A stretch of DNA of 64,000 bases from Gemmatimonadota bacterium (GCA_038128265.1 JAYPJE010000003.1:61278-125277), one strand, 5' to 3'. Positions 48,891-57,548 are shown, numbered from the stretch's first letter. Notes: generated by a model not told the origin, from the letters alone. Translations and numbers: made by a program.

Positions 48891-49915
48891 ATATACCCGC
48901 TATCGACAAACCCTTTATCGTCATTGGCGAAAACGTCCACACCACCCGCGTCCTTTCGCGCAAGGGCAAGCTCATTGCCTCCGATGCCGAGGGGCGAGAG
49001 GGCATTCGCTATCGCGACACGAACAACGCACGGCGCTTTTTACCCATCCCAGAAGACGTAAAGGGGACGCGCGACTACGAAGAGGGCCGTATCAAGCACC
49101 TCAAAATAGCCGTGCGCGAAGCGATGGCGGGCAGCGCAGATGCACTCGACTACATCGCTCGGCAGGTGCAGCGCCAAGAGCAGGCCGGCGCCGACTTTCT
49201 CGACCTCAATGTCGACGAGCTATCCATTCGCGTCGAGGAACAGCAAGAGGCCATGCGCTGGCTGGTCGGCGCCGTGCATTCCATGAGCACGCTCCCCCTC
49301 TCAATAGACTCGTCCAATAGCGAAATACTGCGCGCCGGCTTGGAGTGCTGTGCAGATCACGCGGAGCGGCCGCTGCTCAACTCGGCATCACTCGAGCGTT
49401 TAGACGGCCTCGATATGGCGCGCGCATTCAATGCGCAGGTCGTCATCACAGCCTCAGGTGAATCCGGCATGCCCGATGACGTCGAAGAGCGTATGACGCA
49501 TGCCATGCGCATGGTCGAAGAGGCCGACCGACGCTCCATACCGCTATCCGACCTATTTATCGACCCACTGATCTTTCCCATCTCTGTCGATGGCCGCTAT
49601 GGCCAGCACGCTTTTGGCGCCATAGCCCAGCTGCGCGCGCGACTGGGCAACGACGTGCACATAACTGGCGGCTTTTCCAACGTGTCCTTCGGCCTGCCAT
49701 GCCGACAGCTCATCAACGACGTCTTCCTGATACTCGCCGTCGAAGCCGGTGCCGACAGCGCCATTATCGATCCGACGAGCAGCTCCCTGAGCGAGGTCTT
49801 TTCCATCGACCGCAGTGCGTCAACTTTCCAGCTGGCCGAAGACGTGCTGCTGGGCAGAGACGAGTACTGCGCCCGTTTTATCCGCGCCTATCGCAAGGGG
49901 GAACTGACGGCCTAA
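48887..49915 (+). CDS. Methyl-THF:corrinoid methyltransferase (pterin-binding, AcsE/MetH-folate-domain-like)
   Basis: IVIGEN, GADFLDLNVD, PLSIDSSN, LLNSAS, FIDPL, GGFSNVSFGLP.R.LIN and AGADSAIIDP; GTGA overlap with metF. Confidence 0.9.
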   Translation: MNIPAIDKPFIVIGENVHTTRVLSRKGKLIASDAEGREGIRYRDTNNARRFLPIPEDVKGTRDYEEGRIKHLKIAVREAMAGSADALDYIARQVQRQEQAGADFLDLNVDELSIRVEEQQEAMRWLVGAVHSMSTLPLSIDSSNSEILRAGLECCADHAERPLLNSASLERLDGLDMARAFNAQVVITASGESGMPDDVEERMTHAMRMVEEADRRSIPLSDLFIDPLIFPISVDGRYGQHAFGAIAQLRARLGNDVHITGGFSNVSFGLPCRQLINDVFLILAVEAGADSAIIDPTSSSLSEVFSIDRSASTFQLAEDVLLGRDEYCARFIRAYRKGELTA

Positions 49916-49989
49916 GCGCCGCATACGGCAGCCCCTGCAGACTCCCGCCGCGCTGGCTTTTTCCATCCCTTTGCATAGATTATTTCTCT

Positions 49990-50988
49990 ATGATACCATT
50001 TATTGAGCGCATCGCCGAAGAGCATCCCCTGCTGTACGATGGGGGGTTTGGCTCCCAGCTATTTGCCCGCGGCATCGAGTTGACCAACAGCACACTGGCC
50101 AACGAAGCACATCCCGACGCCGTCGTAGAAATCCATCGCACCTATATCGAAGCCGGCGCCGATGCCATTGGCACCAATACGTTTGTCGCCTCGGAACTGC
50201 ATTTAGAAATGGCCGGCAAAGATCCGGCTTCGGCCGGTCAACTAGCCACGCGTGCAGCTCAGCTGGCGCGCCGCGCCGTCGAGGAGAGCGGCCGCGAAGT
50301 CTATGTCGGCGGATCCATTGGCCCCTCCCCCGGCGCCATCGAATCAGATGCCGGCGACACCACCTTTGGCATTGCCGACGCCAACGTCCGCGACGCCCAC
50401 GCGCGCATCGTCGACGCGCTGGTCGAAGGGGGCGTCGACTTTTTTGCCATCGAAACTCAATTTTCTGCCAAAGAGGCAGCCATAGCCTGCAATATTGCCC
50501 GTAAGGCGGGGCTGCCAATCGCCATCAACCTGACGCTCAAGTACACCAAAGATCGAAAAACAGGCGTCGTCACCTACAAGACCGACTGGGGTCACTCACC
50601 GGCAGATCTGCTTGACATCCTCGCCTCCGGAGAATTTTCTGACGGAGATAATCTGCTCGACCACGTACACCTACTCGGCCTCAACTGCGGGGCCGAAACG
50701 CGCCGCAGCGAGCACACCGGTATGGCCTATGCCATCTGCGGCAGCGAGCAGATAGGGCAGGCACTGCAGGCGCGCGGTCTGTCCAAGCGCATTATGACCT
50801 ATCCCAACGCCGGCATGCCGCAGCTCGATAGCGAACACCGAACTACCTATTCGCAGACGCCGCAGGACATGGCCGCGGATATCTCCGACCTAATCGACAG
50901 CGGCGCCTATTTCATCGGTGGCTGCTGCGGCACAACGCCCGATCACATCCGCGCCTTTCGCCGGGCCATCGACGGGCATGCAGCGTAG
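49990..50988 (+). CDS. Stand-alone homocysteine S-methyltransferase domain
   Basis: LYDGGFGS, IHRTYIEAGAD.I.TNTF, GSIGP, GLNCG, YPNAG and IGGCCGTTPDHI (three Zn cysteines intact). Start moved to ATG 49990. Confidence 0.9.
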   Translation: MIPFIERIAEEHPLLYDGGFGSQLFARGIELTNSTLANEAHPDAVVEIHRTYIEAGADAIGTNTFVASELHLEMAGKDPASAGQLATRAAQLARRAVEESGREVYVGGSIGPSPGAIESDAGDTTFGIADANVRDAHARIVDALVEGGVDFFAIETQFSAKEAAIACNIARKAGLPIAINLTLKYTKDRKTGVVTYKTDWGHSPADLLDILASGEFSDGDNLLDHVHLLGLNCGAETRRSEHTGMAYAICGSEQIGQALQARGLSKRIMTYPNAGMPQLDSEHRTTYSQTPQDMAADISDLIDSGAYFIGGCCGTTPDHIRAFRRAIDGHAA

Positions 50989-50991
50989 GCC

Positions 50992-51276
50992 ATGATCCAC
51001 TATCAGGTGCTCTACTGGCGCGATATACCGGCGCAAATAAAAGTCTACGCCGGGCGCCGTCCCACTTCACACGCCCTAGCATCGCGCTTTCAGGTAGCCA
51101 TCGACCGCATCGCCATGCACGAAGGACTGACCGGCACCGAGGCCTATCTCGACCAGTGGCAATGGTCAGACAAACGCCCGTATGAAGGCGATGCAGAAGG
51201 GGCAGCGGCCGTCTTAATTAGCCAGTTAGAGCGCGAGGGCGATGCGCAGCTAGCCGCACGCAAAGAATCGCCGTGA
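50992..51276 (+). CDS. Small Virulence_fact (Cvf-like) domain protein
   Basis: YWRDIPAQI...L..RFQ.AIDR.AM..G..GT.AYL.QW signature. Confidence 0.82.
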   Translation: MIHYQVLYWRDIPAQIKVYAGRRPTSHALASRFQVAIDRIAMHEGLTGTEAYLDQWQWSDKRPYEGDAEGAAAVLISQLEREGDAQLAARKESP

Positions 51277-53162
51277 GCACCTTTGAAAAACGCTACGACG
51301 TGCTCGTCGTAGGCGGCGGTCATGCCGGCACCGAGGCCGCTCTGGCCGCAGCGCGCATGGGCGCAGAGACGCTGCTGTTGACGATGAATCTCGACACGGT
51401 TGGCCAGATGTCGTGCAACCCGGCCATCGGCGGCATCGGCAAGGGACACATGGTTAAGGAGATCGACGCACTCGGCGGGCAAATGGCGGTTAATATCGAC
51501 CGCACGGGCATCCAGTTTCGCCGCCTGAATACCAGCCGTGGACCCGCCGTGCGCGCCTCGCGCGCCCAAGCCGACAAAAAGGACGACCAGTTCGAGCTGA
51601 AGTTTGCCTGCGAACAGCATGCACACCTCGACCTGCGCCAGGGCCTGATGGAGTCGCTGCACATCTCTGACGGACGCGTGCAGGGAGTCGGTGTCAAAGG
51701 CGGCATAACGTATTTAGCGCACAGCGTCATTCTCACCACCGGCACCTTTCTCCGCGGCAAGATCCACGTAGGCGACTTTTCCTACAGCGCCGGGCGGGCG
51801 GGTGAGACGTCGGCAGAGAGAGCCTCGGAGGGACTGGCTGCTCTCGGCTTTGATATCGGGCGCCTAAAGACGGGCACGCCGCCGCGCATCAATGGACGCA
51901 CGCTGGATTTTGACAGCATGGACATACAGCCTGGAGACGACCCGCCGCGTCCATTCTCCTATGCCGTTGAGCGCATTCAGCAAGAGCAAATGCCCTGCTG
52001 GGTGACCTATACGAATGCCGGCACCCATCAGCTCATCGAAGAAAATCTAAATCGCTCGGCCATGTACAGCGGTCGCATCGAAGGCATCGGTCCGCGCTAC
52101 TGCCCCTCAATCGAAGACAAGGTCGTGCGCTTTGCCGATAAGGAGCGCCACCAGATTTTTGTCGAACCGGAGGGCCGCCGCACGCTCGAGTACTATATCA
52201 ACGGCCTGTCGATGAGCCTACCCGAGGAACTGCAGACCGGCATCGTGCGCTCGCTTCCCGGGCTAGAACGAGCCGAGATCATGCGCCCGGCCTATGCGGT
52301 CGAATACGACTATGCGCCGCCCACTCAGCTCTATCCCCACCTCGAGACCAAGCGCGTAGAGAATCTGTTTTTTGCGGGTCAAATAAACGGGACGACGGGC
52401 TACGAGGAAGCCGGAGCGCAGGGCCTAATCGCCGGCATTAACGCCGTGCTCAAGGTGCGCGGCGAAGATCCCTTTGTACTGGGGCGCGCCGACGCCTACA
52501 TCGGCGTGCTCATTGACGACCTCGTCACCAAGGGCACGCAGGAGCCCTACCGCATCTTCACTTCGCGCGCCGAACACCGCCTGCTGCTGCGCGAGGACAA
52601 CGCCGACTATCGCCTGATGGAATTCGGGCGCGCCTTTGGCCTGGTAGAGGACGCCATATGGCAAAAATATCAGGACAAGCGCCGCGCAGTCGATGCCGAA
52701 TTAGAGCGCCTGGCCAATACGCGTCTGCGGCCGTCCGATAGGGTGGGTGAGGTCTTTGCCGAAGCGGGCACCGCGCCGCTTAGAGAAGCCGCAGCGCTGG
52801 TCGACATCCTGCGCCGCCCCGAGCTAAACTATCACCATATCGAATTGCTCTGCCCGCCCGATGTGCGCCTTTCGCACGACGCAGCCGAGCACGTGGAAGC
52901 CGAAGTCAAGTACGACGGCTATATCAAGCGCCAGCATACCCAGGTTGACAAGCTCAAGCGCCTCGAGTCCATGCGCATTCCCGCGGACTTTGACTTCGCC
53001 GATCCCGCATTGAACCTGTCTACTGAGGGGCGGCAAAAACTAGCCCACATTCGTCCGCAGACCCTTGGCCAAGCGGCGCGCGTATCCGGCGTTTCGCCGG
53101 CCGACGTCTCGTCGCTCATGGTGCTACTGCACGCGCACGCCGCGCGCACGGCGACCGGCTGA
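51273..53162 (+). CDS. mnmG: tRNA uridine-5-carboxymethylaminomethyl modification enzyme MnmG/GidA
   Basis: VVGGGHAGTEAA, MSCNPAIGG, RLKTGTPPR, GPRYCPSIEDK, AGQINGTTGYEEA and FTSRAEHRL motifs. Confidence 0.97.
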   Translation: MSTFEKRYDVLVVGGGHAGTEAALAAARMGAETLLLTMNLDTVGQMSCNPAIGGIGKGHMVKEIDALGGQMAVNIDRTGIQFRRLNTSRGPAVRASRAQADKKDDQFELKFACEQHAHLDLRQGLMESLHISDGRVQGVGVKGGITYLAHSVILTTGTFLRGKIHVGDFSYSAGRAGETSAERASEGLAALGFDIGRLKTGTPPRINGRTLDFDSMDIQPGDDPPRPFSYAVERIQQEQMPCWVTYTNAGTHQLIEENLNRSAMYSGRIEGIGPRYCPSIEDKVVRFADKERHQIFVEPEGRRTLEYYINGLSMSLPEELQTGIVRSLPGLERAEIMRPAYAVEYDYAPPTQLYPHLETKRVENLFFAGQINGTTGYEEAGAQGLIAGINAVLKVRGEDPFVLGRADAYIGVLIDDLVTKGTQEPYRIFTSRAEHRLLLREDNADYRLMEFGRAFGLVEDAIWQKYQDKRRAVDAELERLANTRLRPSDRVGEVFAEAGTAPLREAAALVDILRRPELNYHHIELLCPPDVRLSHDAAEHVEAEVKYDGYIKRQHTQVDKLKRLESMRIPADFDFADPALNLSTEGRQKLAHIRPQTLGQAARVSGVSPADVSSLMVLLHAHAARTATG

Positions 53163-53185
53163 ACTCCTCCTCACAGATTACACGG

Positions 53186-55504
53186 CTAAAAGTGTAGCCG
53201 AACGCTCGTGCCAATCTGGCGCGGATCTCCGTAGCTCACATAGAGTTTGTCACTATAAGCCGGCGGCTCCAAGCCAAAGTAAAAACCGCGCACGGCATAG
53301 CGCTCGTCCAGTGCGTTGCTGCACCACAGCGTCACGGCCCATCCAGCGCGTTCGTAGCCCATGCTCGCATTGACGAGCTGGTAGGCGTCAGCGCGCTCGT
53401 CGTGGCTATCCGAAAAGTAAAATCCGTCGACAAACGACCACGCGGCGCGTGCAAAGGCACCCACAGGATGCTCGTATTCGCCCCCGACGCGCGCATTCCA
53501 CTGCGGGGCGTGTGCGGCGGCGCGCCCACCCAACTGCTGGCGCTGACCGCCTGCAACATCGAACGCATAGGGATCCACGCGCGTGTTCAGGTAGGACAGC
53601 GAAGCAAATGCGTTTAAATTGGGCAGCAGTCGGTACTGACCCTCTGCTTCAATGCCGCTGTTGCGTCCCGAAGCGGCGTTCGCCGTGAAGTAGAAAAAGC
53701 TGTTGGGATCGCCCGGCGTCTGCTGGCTTGATAGGCTGACCTGCTGCCCATCGCGCAGGGCATGGAAGGCAATAAGCTCAATGCGGTAGCGGCTGGTCGA
53801 GAGGCGATAGCCCGCTTCTACGTTGAGCATGTATTCGGGAGCATAGGGTCGGTTCTCCGCGGCCAAATACGGGTGCTGATTAATCCCCCCCGCGCGATAG
53901 CCACGCGCAGCGGCCACGTAGGCGTTTTCTCCCCTACGCCCCTGCCAGCTGAGCGCAACTTTGCCGCCGGGCAGCCACTGTCCCACGTCGTAGCGCACAT
54001 CCTCTCCCCCGCTGTTGGTCTGGCCGCTGTAATCTATTGTGCTGCGTTCGAAACGCGCGTTAAGCGTAAGCTCCCAAACCGCACTGAGCGGACGTTTCCA
54101 CTGACCATAGAGTGCGAAGTTGCCCATGTTATAGCGCGCCTGCAGATCGCTCGCCGCGCCGCCGAATAGGTAACCCGTAGCGTCGTCCTCTTCGCGCAGC
54201 GCGCGCGCATACAGGCCGACCAATGCACGCTCCCCTCTGAGCCGCACTTCTTGGCTCAGGCTCGTGCGCTGGCGCAGGGTGCGGTCAAAAAAGTCGTAAT
54301 GCCAGCCCTCTACTTGCGGATCAAAACCGTACGGATCGCCCGCCCAATAGGCGTCGTGTCCCCAATCCCCATCGTAGCTGTAGTCCAAGTCGGTCTGCGC
54401 ATAGGTGCTGATCGATAGCAGGTCAACGCCTGTGCGCAGCGCTTTCTCAGCGCGCAGCGCTAGCGCGCTGGTCACCTGATGGTCGTCGCCCGGTCGGTCG
54501 GAATAGGTCGTCAACCGGCGGTTGTTGTCTGGCGACCACATATCGTAGCCGTTGTCCCCGTCGGCGCGAAACAGCGTCGCTTTGAGCAACAACCCGCTTG
54601 ACGCAGCATAGCGCGCCTTGAGGCGCAGCAACCCCTCGCGGCGGCGGTTGCTATCGTCGACGCCCAGATAGGCATTGTCGCGAAACCCGTTTGACGCCGC
54701 CCGTTGGTAGCCAGCGCGCAGCGCAAAACGATCGGTGATGGGCGCATTGATCACGCCTTCCGCGCGCAGGAGTCCATCGCCTCCCACGGAAAAACTCACC
54801 GCGCGCCTCGCTTCTGAAGAAGGCTCAGCTGATTCGATGTTAATCAATCCCGCCAGGGCGTTGGCGCCAAACACGCTCGACTGCGGCCCTTTAAATACCT
54901 CTACCTGCTGTAGATCAAAGAGCGCCCCGGTGCCCAGTCCGCTCATGTCGATACCGTCGACGACAAAGCCGACGGAGAAGTTGGGGGCGCCCTCTCCCGC
55001 ATACTGGCTGCGCTCGCCGATGCCGCGCACCTGGAAGTAGCGCGGCCGTGCCGTTCCACCAGCCCAGTGTACATTGGGCACGGCCTGCACGGCGTCTTGC
55101 AGATGTTGCCCTCCATCCCTCCGTACCTGCTCGCCGCGCACCACGCTGATACCAGCCGCTACCTCGCTCTGCGATTCGGCGCGCAATCCGCCGATGACTA
55201 TAACCTCTTGGGCTTGTAGCACGGCGGCCACCAACCCAATGCGCAGCGACTCGTCGTCCCGGCGCAACACCCGAATAGCCCCCTCGTAGCCATAGCGTGT
55301 AAAGCGCAGCGTATCGCCGACCGCGGCCTGGACGACAAAGCCGCCGGCAGCATCGCTGCTGGACATCCACTGGCCCGCACTTATCTGCACCTCTTCCAGC
55401 GGTATCCCCGTCTCGGCATCGACCACCCGACCGCGCACCTCTTCCGCCTCGCAAAGACCGACGGAAGCGACCCACAGAACAAAAAAAATACTGCGCAACC
55501 CCAT
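53186..55504 (-). CDS. TonB-dependent receptor, TPP-riboswitch-regulated (probable thiamine or precursor uptake)
   Basis: Signal peptide, CarboxypepD-like N-domain, plug (RPRYFQVRGIGERSQY, VEVFKGPQS), barrel and C-terminal F; GGGAGG RBS before ATG 55504. Confidence 0.9.
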   Translation of the reverse strand: MGLRSIFFVLWVASVGLCEAEEVRGRVVDAETGIPLEEVQISAGQWMSSSDAAGGFVVQAAVGDTLRFTRYGYEGAIRVLRRDDESLRIGLVAAVLQAQEVIVIGGLRAESQSEVAAGISVVRGEQVRRDGGQHLQDAVQAVPNVHWAGGTARPRYFQVRGIGERSQYAGEGAPNFSVGFVVDGIDMSGLGTGALFDLQQVEVFKGPQSSVFGANALAGLINIESAEPSSEARRAVSFSVGGDGLLRAEGVINAPITDRFALRAGYQRAASNGFRDNAYLGVDDSNRRREGLLRLKARYAASSGLLLKATLFRADGDNGYDMWSPDNNRRLTTYSDRPGDDHQVTSALALRAEKALRTGVDLLSISTYAQTDLDYSYDGDWGHDAYWAGDPYGFDPQVEGWHYDFFDRTLRQRTSLSQEVRLRGERALVGLYARALREEDDATGYLFGGAASDLQARYNMGNFALYGQWKRPLSAVWELTLNARFERSTIDYSGQTNSGGEDVRYDVGQWLPGGKVALSWQGRRGENAYVAAARGYRAGGINQHPYLAAENRPYAPEYMLNVEAGYRLSTSRYRIELIAFHALRDGQQVSLSSQQTPGDPNSFFYFTANAASGRNSGIEAEGQYRLLPNLNAFASLSYLNTRVDPYAFDVAGGQRQQLGGRAAAHAPQWNARVGGEYEHPVGAFARAAWSFVDGFYFSDSHDERADAYQLVNASMGYERAGWAVTLWCSNALDERYAVRGFYFGLEPPAYSDKLYVSYGDPRQIGTSVRLHF

Positions 55505-55528
55505 ATATACTCCTCCCACTCTGCACAT

Positions 55529-55564
55529 AAAAAAACCGCCGCCCAGCACGAGGTGGGAAGCGGT
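55529..55564 (-). terminator. Attenuator terminator (expression platform of the TPP riboswitch)
   Basis: Minus strand accgcttccca...tgggcggcggt followed by a T run, between the aptamer and the RBS. Confidence 0.7.
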
Positions 55565-55584
55565 AGCAGCATGCAGCCAGCGCG

Positions 55585-55665
55585 CTCCGTTTCCCTACGC
55601 TGGCACGATCCAGTTCAGGTTCTAAGGGTTTTATCTCAGGCTCGCACGAGCCACCCCCAACGGAT
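55585..55665 (-). ncRNA. TPP riboswitch aptamer
   Basis: Minus strand tccgtt-GGGGGTG-gctcgtgcgagc-CTGAGA-taaa-ACCCttaGAACCTGAactGGATcgTGCCAGCGTAGGGA-aacgga; conserved CUGAGA and ACCUGA...GCGUAGGGA elements and P1 pairing are present. Confidence 0.93.
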
Positions 55666-55769
55666 ACTGTTCGGAAAATATACGCATGCGCGGGTTGGGA
55701 GACAATGCGCTATATTAGCCCCGTCGTCATCCCACGTACTCCATAACGCAGAGCCCAAGGGAGGTCTCC

Positions 55770-55943
55770 ATGCCGCAACAGGCCCCGTCGCGTGCAGTTG
55801 AGGCACAGATACTGCGCAAGAAATACCACTATCGCCGCCTCGTCTTGCGGGGGCAGACGAGGCTGCCTCGCGAGAGTGCAGTTCGCCTAGTTGGGCCCGA
55901 CTGCGCCTACCACCTCTATCGCATGCACTCGGGAGGAGAGTAG
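55770..55943 (+). CDS. Putative small basic protein (57 aa), not in the ORF track
   Basis: AAGGGAGGT RBS, ATG 55770, TAG 55941-55943; MPQQAPSRAVEAQILRKKYHYRRLVLRGQTRLPRESAVRLVGPDCAYHLYRMHSGGE. Confidence 0.5.
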   Translation: MPQQAPSRAVEAQILRKKYHYRRLVLRGQTRLPRESAVRLVGPDCAYHLYRMHSGGE

Positions 55944-55944
55944 G

Positions 55945-57036
55945 TCAATTTTTCCAGGTTTTCCCGTCGCTGCCAATCCCATAGCGGCTAATCTTGCCGT
56001 CTTCCTCCACGTCGACCACTTCTTCTAAATAGGCTTCGAAATAGCGCTCGGTAGCGCTCATAACCGGCGGCCAGAGAAAGTGGTGCAGCACGGGATTTTC
56101 CATTCCAAGCGAATCTACGTCGCTGGCATATTGGCCGCGTTCAGCGCGGAAGCGACGCTGCCTGTAGTAGATGCTGCGCAGCACGTCTAGTGCCTGTTCG
56201 CTGGCCGGCCGCACAAAGGGCTCAGATGCAGCCCCCACAGGCTCGCCCGAGAACAGCACATATCCCCACTTTTCGGGGAAGTGCATATTGATCAGCCCCT
56301 GCGGTGACCAGACCCAATTGTCCTCGCTGCGCCCCTGCACTTTAACGTATTCACCGTCGATCACTTCGAGTTCCCACTGCACGCGCGAAAAGTTGACGCG
56401 CCATACCTGGCCTTCTACTCCCCCGCGGCGACGGCTGTTGGCCTGCTGTAAAACGCGCCAGGGAAATGCCATCTCCACCGACCATCCCTGATCTTCATCG
56501 GTTGGATCGTTGATCGTGCCCCAGACCTGCACAGCCGTTTGCAATCCTTCTATATGCCAGGCGTTTATATAGGGTCCACCGTCGCGGTAGGGCTTGGCCA
56601 AGAGCAAGTCCCACTCCGTGCCGTGGGCGTTGATCTCGAATTCGTAGTATAGGTGTGTATCGGCATCTGGATCGATGAATACTTCGAAGTCATTGTCGCG
56701 GTAGATAACGGCATCGCGCTCAACCAGCGTTGCCCACACGTGGGGCTCTTCCAGGTCGGCGGCAATATAGAAGTACTCATCGTCCCACAGCATCTTCGCC
56801 CGCGTTGCTAAGTGCGGCCGCTCTTTTCTCTCCCCTTCGATATCGACAAATGCCGGGGTCCAAGGTGCGCGCTGCCAGGACGGCTCGTCCAGTTTGCCGT
56901 CGATAAGCAGCGGCCCGAGTGCGCGCTGTGCGACGTAGTGCAGTGGGCGAATTTTTTCGACATACTCAATGTCAAACGCGGGCTGCGCGCAGAGCGTGGA
57001 AGCCTGTAAAATAGCTATGGCAAGCAAGAGAACCAT
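55945..57036 (-). CDS. Secreted carbohydrate-binding family 9-like (DOMON-type) protein
   Basis: IDGKLDEPSW, TRAKMLWDDEYFY, DNDFEVFIDP, YYEFEINA.GT.WDL, WRVNFSRVQW and NWVWSPQG..NMH.PE.WG motifs. Confidence 0.85.
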   Translation of the reverse strand: MVLLLAIAILQASTLCAQPAFDIEYVEKIRPLHYVAQRALGPLLIDGKLDEPSWQRAPWTPAFVDIEGERKERPHLATRAKMLWDDEYFYIAADLEEPHVWATLVERDAVIYRDNDFEVFIDPDADTHLYYEFEINAHGTEWDLLLAKPYRDGGPYINAWHIEGLQTAVQVWGTINDPTDEDQGWSVEMAFPWRVLQQANSRRRGGVEGQVWRVNFSRVQWELEVIDGEYVKVQGRSEDNWVWSPQGLINMHFPEKWGYVLFSGEPVGAASEPFVRPASEQALDVLRSIYYRQRRFRAERGQYASDVDSLGMENPVLHHFLWPPVMSATERYFEAYLEEVVDVEEDGKISRYGIGSDGKTWKN

Positions 57037-57215
57037 GAAAAGCACCTCGTATAAGTGGTCGGAACGGCGATGCAAACGCCTCTGCTAAGATAAACAGTCC
57101 CCCGCCCATCACCTATACCAATGCCCTGCTAACAGGGAGTAGAAAAATCGGTTGACGGTTCGGGAGAGGTCCGTTTCTTTAAGTGTATACTTGGACCCGG
57201 GGAGAAATATACGGC

Positions 57216-57548
57216 ATGGACAGCTCGAACGACTTAGTGAAATTGGAACTGTATAAGAGCGGCATGATGAAGTTTGCCGAGGGCGACTTCGAAGGCGCAC
57301 TAGAAGTCTTCGCCCGTGCAATTGAGCTCGACCCCCGCTATGCCGATGTGTACCAGTCGATGGCACACTGCCACGAGAAGCTAGGGGATTTGGACGCCGC
57401 CCTCCGCTGCGCTCAGCAAGCCGTCGAATACAACCCCGACGACTTCCTCGCCCATACCAGCCTGTCCATATTCTATCAGCGCAAAGGCATGATTGCCGAA
57501 GCCGAGCAGGAAAAAGCCCTAGCCGCCCAGCTGCAGAGCAAGCAATAA
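57216..57548 (+). CDS. Small TPR-repeat protein
   Basis: TPR pattern (ALEVFARAIELDPRYA; AVEYNPDDFLAHTSLS..YQRKGMI.EAE). Confidence 0.85.
   Translation: MDSSNDLVKLELYKSGMMKFAEGDFEGALEVFARAIELDPRYADVYQSMAHCHEKLGDLDAALRCAQQAVEYNPDDFLAHTSLSIFYQRKGMIAEAEQEKALAAQLQSKQ

Noticed and set aside
49699..49989. 97-aa N-terminal extension of the homocysteine methyltransferase ORF
   Set aside because: It overlaps the AcsE-like gene in another frame and is low-complexity and Arg-rich. Homology starts at ATG 49990, and the upstream gene ends normally, so no frameshifted MetH fusion is needed.
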